From Anaerovorax odorimutans (lineage in GTDB: Bacteria > Bacillota > Clostridia > Peptostreptococcales > JAAYPU01), in contig JAENZQ010000017.1 of assembly GCA_016841185.1 (NCBI GenBank), positions 6,121-70,120 of the forward strand: DNA of 64,000 bases, written 5' to 3'. This document shows, piece by piece, positions 16,572-25,884 of the stretch. The notes under the pieces were generated by a model, which was not told where the DNA came from, made no database searches, and saw only the letters and a program-made list of their open reading frames with translations. Positions within the stretch are counted from its first letter, which is position 1. Each line of letters starts with the position of its first letter. Position numbers and translations under genes: made by a program.

Positions 16572-18692
16572 TTACCCTGCCTGATGATTTATTTTTTTAT
16601 TCTTCAAACTGTTTTCTACCGAAAACTCAACTCTTTCTTTGAACTCCTCCTGCTTTCCTCTGTTCCATGATTGAACAGGACGATGGAATCCTACGACCCT
16701 GGACCATACTTCCGCTTCTTTACCGCAAATAGGACATTCGAAATGCTCTCCCGCAATATAACCATGCTCCAGACAAATGGAAAAAGTCGGGGTAACGGTA
16801 ATATAAGGAATAGTGGTATTTTCCATAACCTTCTTGATAAATGCCTTGCAGGTTTCAATATCTTCTATTTGTTCTCCTAAGAAACCATGCAGAACGGTTC
16901 CTCCGGTATAAAGTGTCTGGAGGGTTTCCTGCTTCTCAATGGCTTCAAAAATATCTTCTGTGCTGTTGACCGGGAGTTGAGTTGAATTTGTATAATACGG
17001 TTCTTCCTGACCCTGTGTGATAATATTAGGAAAAATCTTCTTATCCAGTCTGGCAAACCTGTATGTTGCACCTTCTGCAGGAGCAGCCTCCAGATTCCAC
17101 AAGCTTCCCGTTTCTTCCTGATATATCTGAATCACTTTATTCATAAATTCCATAATTTCAACTGCAAAAGTATTGCCTTCTTCAGTATTTAGGTCCACAC
17201 CCAAAAGATTCAGGCAAGCTTCATTCATGCCGTTTAAACCTATGGTTGAAAAATGATTTTTAAAGTATTCGCCGGTTGCTGCCTTAACGTCCTGAAGATA
17301 GTGGCGTGAATAAGGGTATAAGCCTGATTCCATATACTTTTCCAATATCATCCTCTTACTCTCGCATATTTCTTTAGAATATCCCATAAGCTGATGAACC
17401 CTTTGTTTGAACTCTTCCTTGGTCTTTGACACATACCCAATCCGAGCCATATTGAGGGTTACTACATTAATGGAACCTGTTAACGGATTGGCGCCAAAAA
17501 GACCGCCGCCTCGTTTACGAAGTTCTCTGTTATCGAGTCTTAACCGACAGCACATGGATCGTATATCTTCAGGAGATAAATCTGAATTTAGGAAATTTGC
17601 AAAGTACGGTGTCCCGAATTTTTTGGTCATTTCCATAATTTTATTCACTGAATCCGAATCCCAAGGAAAATCTTCAGTAATATTAACTGTAGGAATCGGA
17701 AAACTGAAAGCTCTTCCTGCCCCGTCTCCTTCCATCATCACTTCACTGTATGCTATATTAAACATGTCCATTTCCTTCTGAAACTCACCATATGTCTTAT
17801 CCATTAATTCCCCCCCGATAATAGCGGCTTGATTTTTCAAAATAGCATGGGGTGTAATATCAAGAGTTATATTAGTAAAAGGTGTTTGAAAACCTACACG
17901 AGTAGGAACATTCAGGTTATATATAAATCGCTGAATTGCCTTTTTTACCTGTTTATAGTCCAATTGATCATAATAAATAAACGGCGCAAGATAAGTATCG
18001 ACACTGGAAATTGCCTGTGCCCCTGCAGATTCACCCTGAAGTGTGTATAAGAGGTTTGCTATTTGCATTAAAGCCGATTCAAAATGTTTTGGCGGTTTAG
18101 ATTCGATCTTACCCTTAGCCCCTCTAAAACCGCTTCTCAAGAATGCTTCCAAATCCCAGCCGCAGCAATACGGAGCCAGCAGCCCCAGATCATGAATATG
18201 TAAATCGCCCTTTATATGTGCATCCCGTAATTCTTTTCTATATATCTTATGGAGCCAATATTTTTTAGTAATACTCTCTACAATGTGATTGTTGAGTCCC
18301 TGAAGGGAGAACCCCATATTGGCATTTTCATTTACCCGCCAATCTTCAAGGGAAACGTATTCTTCAATCATCTTCTCGGCATCCATAAACAAATTTTTTA
18401 CTTCGCGAATTTCTTCATGCTTTTTCCGATAAATAATATAAGCCTTTGCCGTTTTCGCATGTCCTTCTTCAATAAGAACTTTTTCAACAATATCCTGTAC
18501 ATCTTCTACCGAGGGTATACTGGCATTATAGGTCTCGTTTATAATCTCCTCCACGATGTTTGCCAGCCTTTGTGCCTGCATTTCATCGTTGCCACCCACT
18601 GCATTTGCTGCCGCAAAAATAGCATTTTTCACCTTGTTTAAATCAAAATCAACGATTTCCCCTGTTCTTTTCTGAATTTTTGTTACTGCCAT
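16572..18692 (-). CDS. nrdD: Anaerobic ribonucleoside-triphosphate reductase (class III)
   Basis: N-terminal ATP-cone. C-terminal Zn ribbon CPICG and glycyl-radical region RVVGFHRP. AGGGAGTG SD before ATG 18692 (track TTG 18713 is upstream). Confidence 0.92.
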   Translation of the reverse strand: MAVTKIQKRTGEIVDFDLNKVKNAIFAAANAVGGNDEMQAQRLANIVEEIINETYNASIPSVEDVQDIVEKVLIEEGHAKTAKAYIIYRKKHEEIREVKNLFMDAEKMIEEYVSLEDWRVNENANMGFSLQGLNNHIVESITKKYWLHKIYRKELRDAHIKGDLHIHDLGLLAPYCCGWDLEAFLRSGFRGAKGKIESKPPKHFESALMQIANLLYTLQGESAGAQAISSVDTYLAPFIYYDQLDYKQVKKAIQRFIYNLNVPTRVGFQTPFTNITLDITPHAILKNQAAIIGGELMDKTYGEFQKEMDMFNIAYSEVMMEGDGAGRAFSFPIPTVNITEDFPWDSDSVNKIMEMTKKFGTPYFANFLNSDLSPEDIRSMCCRLRLDNRELRKRGGGLFGANPLTGSINVVTLNMARIGYVSKTKEEFKQRVHQLMGYSKEICESKRMILEKYMESGLYPYSRHYLQDVKAATGEYFKNHFSTIGLNGMNEACLNLLGVDLNTEEGNTFAVEIMEFMNKVIQIYQEETGSLWNLEAAPAEGATYRFARLDKKIFPNIITQGQEEPYYTNSTQLPVNSTEDIFEAIEKQETLQTLYTGGTVLHGFLGEQIEDIETCKAFIKKVMENTTIPYITVTPTFSICLEHGYIAGEHFECPICGKEAEVWSRVVGFHRPVQSWNRGKQEEFKERVEFSVENSLKNKKINHQAG

Positions 18693-18726
18693 ATCCACAC
18701 TCCCTTGTGACAAACTTTTTTAAATA

Positions 18727-18767
18727 GTACAATATATAGTATAACATTGACCATAATATTTTAACAA
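18727..18767 (-). promoter_or_regulatory. nrdDG promoter with overlapping NrdR-box-like palindrome
   Basis: Minus strand reads TTGTTA - 18 nt - TATACT. ATACTATATATTGTAC (18727-18742) resembles the NrdR box consensus acaCwAtATaTwGtgt. Only one box is evident. Confidence 0.45.
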
Positions 18768-18856
18768 GAATAAAATAATAGATTAACTGTATGTTTCAAC
18801 TATCTTTTTCTTCAATATTCTTCTTTTTTCTCTTTAATTCTTTGAATTTCGTCATT

Positions 18857-18892
18857 CAAAATAAAATAACTGCTGAAAAAGCTACAGCAGTT
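18857..18892 (-). terminator. Terminator after the 162-aa L,D-transpeptidase gene
   Basis: Minus strand reads AACTGCTG-loop-CAGCAGTT followed by ATTTTATTTTG. Confidence 0.7.
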
Positions 18893-18946
18893 CAAAATTC
18901 AACAAAAATCCATATCAGAATTTTTTGAAAACTTTTTTCTTTCTTC

Positions 18947-19435
18947 TTATTCACTGATAACCACAGGGGTTCCCAATTCTACGCAAGTCCATAGAGTCTT
19001 TATATCCTTGTCATCCAAAGAAATACAGCCTGCTGTCCAGTCAAATAAGCTGCCTTTGCCATGAATACCTATTTTACCACCTAATTGGGTTGACCAATCA
19101 GGCCGCTTTTTCTGCTCTATGGCTTTCTTTATTTTGTTGTATTCTTCTTCGTTAATAAGACCATGTTTTAGTCCTCTGTCTGCATCCTTTATATTGGGAT
19201 AACTCAATCCTAAAAACAAAGTAAACCGGCTCTGTTGGTTTTTTGTACAAATGTAGTATTGTCCTTCCGGTGTTCTGCCGTCTCCTTCTCTTATTTTATT
19301 CCCTTCGGGTGAAAAGCCTAACCCTACTCGAAATTTATGGATGCAATGATTCCTTTCCCATAACTCAAGTTTCCGGTCAGATTTATATATTTTTATTACC
19401 GCACGAGAATCTTCCTGTGTATTGACGTCTTCCAC
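18947..19435 (-). CDS. L,D-transpeptidase (YkuD) family protein
   Basis: GIHGKGSLFDWTAGCISL catalytic His/Cys motif. AAAGGAGGA then 6 nt then GTG 19435. Confidence 0.85.
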   Translation of the reverse strand: MEDVNTQEDSRAVIKIYKSDRKLELWERNHCIHKFRVGLGFSPEGNKIREGDGRTPEGQYYICTKNQQSRFTLFLGLSYPNIKDADRGLKHGLINEEEYNKIKKAIEQKKRPDWSTQLGGKIGIHGKGSLFDWTAGCISLDDKDIKTLWTCVELGTPVVISE

Positions 19436-19461
19436 TCTTCATCCTCCTTTAACTAATTAAT

Positions 19462-19535
19462 ATAAGTGCAAGTATAAGTGCAAGTTTTTGTACTCAACTT
19501 ATACTGCTCTGAAAGAGTTACTTATACTTGCACTT
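19462..19535. repeat. 12-bp tandem repeat plus matching inverted copies
   Basis: ATAAGTGCAAGT x2 (19462-19485). AAGTGCAAGTATAAGT (19464-19479) is the perfect reverse complement of ACTTATACTTGCACTT (19520-19535). A partial copy AACTTATACTGC lies between them. Confidence 0.8.
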
Positions 19536-19540
19536 GAATA

Positions 19541-20974
19541 CTATTTTACTGCATCCGTATGATATTTGTTTCTTGGGTTCCATATCATATATTGATGAAT
19601 TCCCAAATCTTCCAGAGCTCTGATTTGTGCCTTCAACTGCTCTGTTCCATATGAAATATGCCCTTTTACCCAGGATGCCGTAAAGTCTTGTATCCATGGT
19701 CTGATTTCAGCAGGTGTACTGATGTTCTGATTACGTTCCAGAGAATCCTTTGTACACTGGTATACTGTTTCATAAGGATAGGCATCCGGTACACTTAAAC
19801 CATAAACCCGATTTCCATAATGACTGGGATACATCATAGGAGAAATATAGTCGATTTCATTGCTTACAGCTTCCCAGAATTGACCAATACCCATATCGTC
19901 CGATACAGATCCTACTTGTCCGTATATATCTGCAGCAACATATACTTCTTTCTTTGACAGTTCTTCATAGGCATAATTTAAGAAATTCTGAATGGTTTCG
20001 GCTTCAGATTCTCCTGTTGTGTTTCTGAAATCCAGTTGGGCTTCCTTTGAAGAAGATAAAGCAGGAAAACGAACGTAATCAAACTGAATCTCATTAAAGC
20101 CATAATCCGCAGCTTCTTTAGCAACAGCTACATCATATTCCCACAGATTCCGGTCGTGAGGACTGGCCCAGTATAAATTATCTGTGCTTTTATACGGCCT
20201 TCCATCATTCTTATATGCAATAACTCTTTCAGGATATTGATTCACATACACAGTATCTTTAAAAGTTACAATCCTTGCAATAGCATAAATATTATTGTCC
20301 TTTAATTTTTTCATAAATGCTTCAATATCCTTTATTGCCGATTTGGTATTAGCACCTGGACAATACTTTTCTGCAGCTTTAGAGTTAAAAAGGGTATACC
20401 CATAGTCATTCTTTACATCTATAACAAAGGAATTGATCTGAGTTTTGTTTGCCAAATCAATAAAATGATCAATATTCGTAATGGCACTGCTTAAAGAAAC
20501 ATAGATGGCTTTTGCTTGAATCTTTGGGTTGTTCGTGTAATTTTCCGCTTTATGTTTTGGTTTATAATTTAAATTCCTGAAACCTTCTCTGAAATTTTCA
20601 CCAATATTTTTTAACAGCGTTTCGGAGGGTACCCACCCTTCAATGAAATGATCAACAATAACATATTTTATTTTACTCCAGGATTCCTCATTATCCAAGG
20701 AAACTTCTTCGGAAAGCTCAATTTCGGAAAACTTCGCTACATTTCCCTGAGCAGCAGATTGTGAAGAAGGCTCATCGTATAGTATGACATCTGAATTGGT
20801 ATACCGTATTGCTTCAGGGTCATATTCGCCTAAAGCAGCACGTGCCGCTTCCTGCTCTGTTATACTGTCAACTACCTCACCTTCAGTAGGTACTGCTGTT
20901 GTTGAGCATGCTGTAAATATAATGGCAGCAGTCATTATACCTACCGCTACCATATGCCATACTTTTTTTTGCAA
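19541..20974 (-). CDS. Putative glycoside hydrolase (DUF4015/GHL-type) lipoprotein with SH3-like domain
   Basis: Lipobox IIFTAC. Motifs INSFVIDVKNDYGY and NEIQFDYVRFP. SD GGAGAG then TTG 20974 (track GTG 20983). Confidence 0.7.
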   Translation of the reverse strand: MQKKVWHMVAVGIMTAAIIFTACSTTAVPTEGEVVDSITEQEAARAALGEYDPEAIRYTNSDVILYDEPSSQSAAQGNVAKFSEIELSEEVSLDNEESWSKIKYVIVDHFIEGWVPSETLLKNIGENFREGFRNLNYKPKHKAENYTNNPKIQAKAIYVSLSSAITNIDHFIDLANKTQINSFVIDVKNDYGYTLFNSKAAEKYCPGANTKSAIKDIEAFMKKLKDNNIYAIARIVTFKDTVYVNQYPERVIAYKNDGRPYKSTDNLYWASPHDRNLWEYDVAVAKEAADYGFNEIQFDYVRFPALSSSKEAQLDFRNTTGESEAETIQNFLNYAYEELSKKEVYVAADIYGQVGSVSDDMGIGQFWEAVSNEIDYISPMMYPSHYGNRVYGLSVPDAYPYETVYQCTKDSLERNQNISTPAEIRPWIQDFTASWVKGHISYGTEQLKAQIRALEDLGIHQYMIWNPRNKYHTDAVK

Positions 20975-21074
20975 GACAATCACTCTCCATAGTCAATTTT
21001 TATGATATGAAATAATTATATCATCTTTATGTATAATTACTAAGAGTAATTTTTTGTTTTCATTACATTTTTTC

Positions 21075-22343
21075 CTATTCTATGACAATAATTATGGTTT
21101 TACCGATTTCAACCCAATCATATAAGAACTTAGCGTGTGATGTATAATTTCTTACACATCTGTGCGACAACGGTGTTGTACCAATGGTGCTAGAGTATTC
21201 TATATGGCCTGGGTCTATTTTACTATCTCCTCGTACCTTGTAGTTTACAGGGATGCCATGGATGTATGTTCCGCCGGTAAATCTTACGGTATAGGGTGCA
21301 TACCCGGCCACAACTTTTGTTTCATCGTCTAAATAAATAAATTTTTCTCTACGTTCTATGCAATAATAATACCCCAGAGGTGTTTCAATTTTATATTTGG
21401 AATTGGCTCCGGTAGTCGCCAAGGTATATGAGACCAGTACCCATTTCTGATTAATCTTTTCAAAGACGCCTTCGTTCTGATTCTTCCTGTCAATTATAAC
21501 AGCCTTTTTCAACTCATTAAGATTTTGAGATGCTATATACCTCTTTGGCACCCAGCATTGCAATCCATTATTGAATATAAGCACCTTGTAATAATCTTCA
21601 GTGTCGTCCAATATCCTTATCAGGGATCCATCTTCAATATAAATAAAATTTTCCTTATTTGTTAGGGAAAAATACCCTGGAGCACTTTGAGTCCTTCGAT
21701 TTCCATAGTCATCATATTCTCTTCCTTTGTTTCTTGGAGGATAACCTGATCTATTTTTATAATTATTGATAAAAGTGATTTTTCCTTTTTGAACTTCATC
21801 TTCCATTTTGATTATTTCCGAATACATTTTATCGAATTGAAATTTTCTTATTTCAATAACAGAGGATAAAATAAAGCCAAATTGCTGTACATCATTATTC
21901 CACCAATATACATGACACCATACATCACTTCCGTATTTCTCAATGTATTCGCCTTTGACCGTTTCGTACAGATTTAACTTCTCATACATTCTGGCAGTCC
22001 TGATAACACGCCCTGTCATTGCCGGTGCCTCTCTGATGTTTACCTCTCCCTTATGAGCAACAATATAGTCATAGTTGATAAAATACTTCTCATATTTCAG
22101 GCTTACTTCTACTTCTTCCGGGACCAAAGTTGAATTGTCCTCTATCATAACACTTTCTTCCTGCAAATCAAGGGCCTGGTCATTGGAAATCAATTCATCA
22201 TCTTCTGTTTTTTCCTCTTTATGATCTTCATCTGTTATAACACTTGCCACCACTTCCAAATCCGGAAGAACCTGCTGGCTTTCAGCGGCAAAACAACTTG
22301 AAAAAGAAAAAAGACACACAATAATTAAAAAAGATCTCCCCAT
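21075..22343 (-). CDS. Secreted SH3-domain protein with C-terminal L,D-transpeptidase (YkuD) domain
   Basis: Signal peptide MGRSFLIIVCLFSFSSCFA. C-terminal motifs YIHGIP and PLSHRCVRN. Confidence 0.75.
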   Translation of the reverse strand: MGRSFLIIVCLFSFSSCFAAESQQVLPDLEVVASVITDEDHKEEKTEDDELISNDQALDLQEESVMIEDNSTLVPEEVEVSLKYEKYFINYDYIVAHKGEVNIREAPAMTGRVIRTARMYEKLNLYETVKGEYIEKYGSDVWCHVYWWNNDVQQFGFILSSVIEIRKFQFDKMYSEIIKMEDEVQKGKITFINNYKNRSGYPPRNKGREYDDYGNRRTQSAPGYFSLTNKENFIYIEDGSLIRILDDTEDYYKVLIFNNGLQCWVPKRYIASQNLNELKKAVIIDRKNQNEGVFEKINQKWVLVSYTLATTGANSKYKIETPLGYYYCIERREKFIYLDDETKVVAGYAPYTVRFTGGTYIHGIPVNYKVRGDSKIDPGHIEYSSTIGTTPLSHRCVRNYTSHAKFLYDWVEIGKTIIIVIE

Positions 22344-22573
22344 CGGCTCACCTGCATATAATTATTACTTATCGTTAATAATAATATGAAAAAAAAAACG
22401 GCTTGATAACCGATTCTTTTATGAATTATGATTTAAGAATGATTTTGTTTCCAAAACCTCCTTTAATATTTATTTGCTTTTCTATTTACCATGATTAGAC
22501 GAAATGTATAATTTATACTCTTCACAAATAATTATGATATAAGGATAGATTGATTAATCTAAAGAGGAGCTTT

Positions 22574-22609
22574 TAAGTATAACAATAATCCCTGAAAATC
22601 AGGGATTAT
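22574..22609 (-). terminator. Terminator after the alcohol dehydrogenase gene
   Basis: ATAATCCCTGA-AAA-TCAGGGATTAT perfect 11-bp stem. T-rich tail on the minus strand. Confidence 0.7.
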
Positions 22610-22679
22610 GAATACAATGAGAATTTTTCAACAAAACCTATCAAAATTGTGAGTTATTTACTATTCATTATTAATTGAG

Positions 22680-23840
22680 CTATTCTGCCAACTTATAAAT
22701 TTTAATGATATCTTCTTTATAAAGTTTTTTGAAGCCTCCGCCAACGTACCCGAGACCATTGTCTACGGCTCTTTCCGCCATTTTTTCAAAGCCGTCTGTC
22801 GGCATATCTGCTCCATTAAAGGTAGTAGGGATGCCAAGATCAAGAATAAACCTTTCCATTCGTTTTATGCCTTCCATTGCTGTTCTTTCAGGATGGTCAA
22901 AGTCATACTCCACTCCCCATACATGAACAGCGAAACGGCAAAATCTGTTGATATCCTCTTTGTATACATATTTTGCCCAGGCACACATAGTAATTCCCAG
23001 AGAGCCGCCATGAGACAGATCATATTCCGCACTGATTTCATGTCCGGTTCTGTGTGATCCAAAATCTCCAAGAGCACCTAAAGTATCATTATGGGCAATT
23101 GAACTGGCCCACATGATCTCGCTGACAGAGTCATAATCTCTTTTGAACACAGCATCCGGACCTTTACTGATCAGGGTTTTAAAAACACCTTCACACATCC
23201 TGTCCATTAATTCGGAATGTTCAAATTTTGTGAAATACCGCTCCCATACATGGGCAAAAATATCCACCACACTGGCAGCCATATAGTATTCAGGAAGTGA
23301 AAAGGCAAGTTCAGGGTTAAGGATTGCAAAAACAGGTTTCATGTAATCGCTTTTTAATCCTCTCTTATACATACCCTCTTCGTTTGTCAATACCGAATAA
23401 CCATTGGTTTCGCTTGCCGTGGCAGGAACTGTAAGAACCACTCCAACAGGCAGGGCTGCTTCAATCTTTGCCTTGCCGGAATAAAAATCCCAAACATCTC
23501 CGTGATAAGGAACACCGATGGATATGGCCTTTGCCGTATCCATCACACTGCCTCCCCCAACCGCCAGAATAAATTTGATATTTTCCTTTCGGCAGACTTC
23601 AATTCCTTGGTTGACAAGGCCCAGCCTTGGATTGGATTTGACACCGCCCAATTCTGTAAAATTAATACCTTTTTCTTTCAGAGAATTTACTATTTTGTCA
23701 TATACACCTGTCTTTTTAATGCTTCCGCTTCCGTATACAAACAGAACTTTATCAGCCTTTATTAATTGTCCTGTCATTTTTTCCTTATCCTTGCCAAAAT
23801 ACACTTCAGTAGGCATGCTGAAAGCAAAATCGTTCATCAA
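22680..23840 (-). CDS. Iron-containing alcohol dehydrogenase (BdhA/YqhD-like)
   Basis: Fe-ADH fold motifs GGGSVMDTAK and HRTGHEISAEYDLSHG. Start is TTG 23840 or ATG 23837 after AAGGAGG. Confidence 0.88.
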   Translation of the reverse strand: MMNDFAFSMPTEVYFGKDKEKMTGQLIKADKVLFVYGSGSIKKTGVYDKIVNSLKEKGINFTELGGVKSNPRLGLVNQGIEVCRKENIKFILAVGGGSVMDTAKAISIGVPYHGDVWDFYSGKAKIEAALPVGVVLTVPATASETNGYSVLTNEEGMYKRGLKSDYMKPVFAILNPELAFSLPEYYMAASVVDIFAHVWERYFTKFEHSELMDRMCEGVFKTLISKGPDAVFKRDYDSVSEIMWASSIAHNDTLGALGDFGSHRTGHEISAEYDLSHGGSLGITMCAWAKYVYKEDINRFCRFAVHVWGVEYDFDHPERTAMEGIKRMERFILDLGIPTTFNGADMPTDGFEKMAERAVDNGLGYVGGGFKKLYKEDIIKIYKLAE

Positions 23841-23937
23841 TAAAACCGCCTCCTTTGTAGACTATATTTTAAGTATTCTACACTTATGATATCATATTAC
23901 ATGTATATTAGCACTTGTGACAAAGAGGTAAAGTTCA

Positions 23938-24876
23938 ATGATTAATGGGATTAATAGTGTGTTAACCATCTTCAGCATGATTGGTGCCGGGTTCCTCTTT
24001 TCAAAAAAAGGGTGGTTTACAGAAGATACTCAGAAACTGTTTTCAAAGATAGTCGTTAATATTTCTCTTCCGGCTATGACGATATATAACTTAAAAATAC
24101 GCTTTACAAAGGATCATTTGCTGCTGTCTATGCAGGGGATTGGTGTGTCTTTTGCCAGTATTCTGCTTCTTTTCGCGATATCATTGTTGATTGCTAAGAT
24201 GCTGCATTTATCCAAAAAAGAATCCTCTGTTTTTTCAGTTTTATTTACATTTTCAAATACGGTTTTTATCGGCTTTCCGATTATTATATCCTTATTTGGA
24301 GAAGACAGTATTGCGTATGCGCTTTTATATTACCTGGCAAACACTACTTTATTCTGGACTCTTGGCGTGTATAATTTAAGCTCATATCATGATCTTGAGT
24401 CAGCGCAAAAGTCCCGGTTTAAACACTTGAAAAATATTATTTCCCCTGCTTTTGTCAGCTTGTTTGCAGGCTATTTTATTGTTTTATTGAATATTCCTAT
24501 TCCTGAATTTCTAATGGATAGTATGCAATACATAGGAAATCTGACTGTACCTCTTTCCATGCTGTTCATCGGAATCAGCTTTTCAATTATTTCTATCAAA
24601 TCTTTTAAAATAACTAAACCTCTTTGCTGGATCATTATTGGAAAATTTATAATAAGCCCTATTATAATGTGTCTTATTATACTTCCTTTACCTTTTCCGT
24701 CATTAATGCAAAAGGTTTTAATTATAGAATCGGGAATGCCTATTCAAGCACAAGCAGCAATTGTTTCCAAATATTATGATGCAGATGCCGACTTTGCTTC
24801 CGTAGCGGTAGGGTTTTCGACTCTTTTGAGTATTATCACAATCCCCATTTATGCTATTTTCATCTCAGTTTTTTAA
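23938..24876 (+). CDS. AEC (auxin efflux carrier / malate permease-like) family transporter
   Basis: 312-aa protein with about 10 TM helices and typical AEC length and topology. SD AAGAGG before ATG 23938. Confidence 0.75.
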   Translation: MINGINSVLTIFSMIGAGFLFSKKGWFTEDTQKLFSKIVVNISLPAMTIYNLKIRFTKDHLLLSMQGIGVSFASILLLFAISLLIAKMLHLSKKESSVFSVLFTFSNTVFIGFPIIISLFGEDSIAYALLYYLANTTLFWTLGVYNLSSYHDLESAQKSRFKHLKNIISPAFVSLFAGYFIVLLNIPIPEFLMDSMQYIGNLTVPLSMLFIGISFSIISIKSFKITKPLCWIIIGKFIISPIIMCLIILPLPFPSLMQKVLIIESGMPIQAQAAIVSKYYDADADFASVAVGFSTLLSIITIPIYAIFISVF

Positions 24877-24920
24877 AGCAGCAAAATAATTACCATTTAT
24901 ATCATTTCAGAAAAGCCAAA

Positions 24921-24970
24921 AAAGACTTATCGACAGAAATATATATAATCTGTTGAAAAGTCTTTATTTT
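24921..24970. terminator. Long hairpin between convergent AEC and queT genes
   Basis: AAAGACTT...AAGTCTTT outer stem with inner CGACAG/CTGTTG, followed by ATTTT. Confidence 0.55.
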
Positions 24971-25026
24971 GACAATTTCTATTTTGTAAAAAAATCTTTT
25001 TACTTTAAATTTTAATTTTGTAACTA

Positions 25027-25491
25027 TTATTTGAATATTCTATTCTTATTCTTTTCCAAAAATCTCAGTAAAGGATACCCCAGCCCGTAACAGGCGATCA
25101 ATTCACCTAGTCCGACCCAGCCGATACAGTAAAGCAAAGGAAGATCCAGGAAATAATGAAGCATGGTGCCGATAATCAATGCGTTGGCAATAACCGGGGG
25201 AAGGGGAACCCATATTTTTCTTTTAAGCTTATAAGAGGTATACGCTGCAATCAGCGTTGCGGTACTTCCCAGTACAATATCCCAGATTCCATATCCTCCA
25301 ACAATATTAGCTATGATACAACCGATAAAAAGTCCTGGAACCGCGGCCGACGTAAAGAAAGGCAATACGGTAAGTGCTTCTGAAACCCTTACCTGCATGA
25401 CGCCGTAGCTGTAAGGCATCAGTGCAATGGTTAAAGCGGCATAAACAGCAGCGATGATGGCTGCCTGTGTGACAAGTTTTGTTTTGTTCAT
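25027..25491 (-). CDS. queT: Queuosine-precursor transporter QueT (ECF S-component type)
   Basis: 154-aa, 5-TM protein (VYAALTIALMPYSYGVMQVRVSEALTVLPFF). Sits behind a preQ1 riboswitch. Confidence 0.85.
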   Translation of the reverse strand: MNKTKLVTQAAIIAAVYAALTIALMPYSYGVMQVRVSEALTVLPFFTSAAVPGLFIGCIIANIVGGYGIWDIVLGSTATLIAAYTSYKLKRKIWVPLPPVIANALIIGTMLHYFLDLPLLYCIGWVGLGELIACYGLGYPLLRFLEKNKNRIFK

Positions 25492-25497
25492 TTTAAA

Positions 25498-25545
25498 TTC
25501 CTCCGTAGTTTTGTTTTAAGTCAGGATGGTTTCGAACTGACTTTT
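25498..25545 (-). promoter_or_regulatory. preQ1-I riboswitch
   Basis: Minus-strand RNA AGUCAG-UUCGAAACCAUC-CUGACU-UAAAACAAAACUACGGAGG. It has a 5-6 bp P1, an A-rich tail ending in ACUA, and the SD embedded in it, as in the Bacillus and Thermoanaerobacter aptamers. It sits in the classic queT context. Confidence 0.75.
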
Positions 25546-25567
25546 TTCAGCTTTCGCATGCCCTATG

Positions 25568-25596
25568 ATTATAGCACTACCGTACTCTTCGGTCAA
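25568..25596 (-). promoter_or_regulatory. Sigma-A promoter of the riboswitch-queT unit
   Basis: Minus strand reads TTGACC - 17 nt - TATAAT (with TGc immediately upstream of the -10). Confidence 0.65.
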
Positions 25597-25706
25597 ATCA
25601 AAGCAGGAGTTGTGTTTACTCCAAAGTATCGGCGAAAAGTTGTACAATCACTACAAAGAAAATATAAGAGACATTATAAACAATTATGCTCAAGGGTCAG
25701 CCGGTA

Positions 25707-25817
25707 TTAATAATACCCTTTTGCGAGTATGCAAAAGCGGCAAAGATAATTTTTATCCAAGAACAAGCAGGTTATAGATGGACAAGATAAATTTGTGATA
25801 AAATAAATTCTAAACAT
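25707..25817 (-). CDS. Candidate small 4-Cys protein, 36 aa: MFRIYFITNLSCPSITCLFLDKNYLCRFCILAKGYY
   Basis: GGAGGG then 6 nt then ATG 25817. CxxxxC...CxxC pattern. Lies in an otherwise empty 290-bp gap. Hand translated. No homology recognised. Confidence 0.3.
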   Translation of the reverse strand: MFRIYFITNLSCPSITCLFLDKNYLCRFCILAKGYY

Positions 25818-25884
25818 ATATATCCCTCCGAAAAGGTGTATTAAATCCTATTATATGGAAATAATATATTTGGAGGTGTAGAAA

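Noticed and set aside
25565-25777. 70-aa plus-strand ORF between the queT and SpoIIQ-like genes.
   Set aside because: It has no SD. The ATG lies within the -10 region of the divergent queT promoter. It has no recognisable domain.
25838-25866. Sigma-F-like promoter (GTATT-14-GGAAATAATA) for the SpoIIQ-like gene.
   Set aside because: The predicted transcription start would fall inside the GGAGG ribosome-binding site (25872-25876). The element therefore cannot drive a translatable mRNA as spaced.
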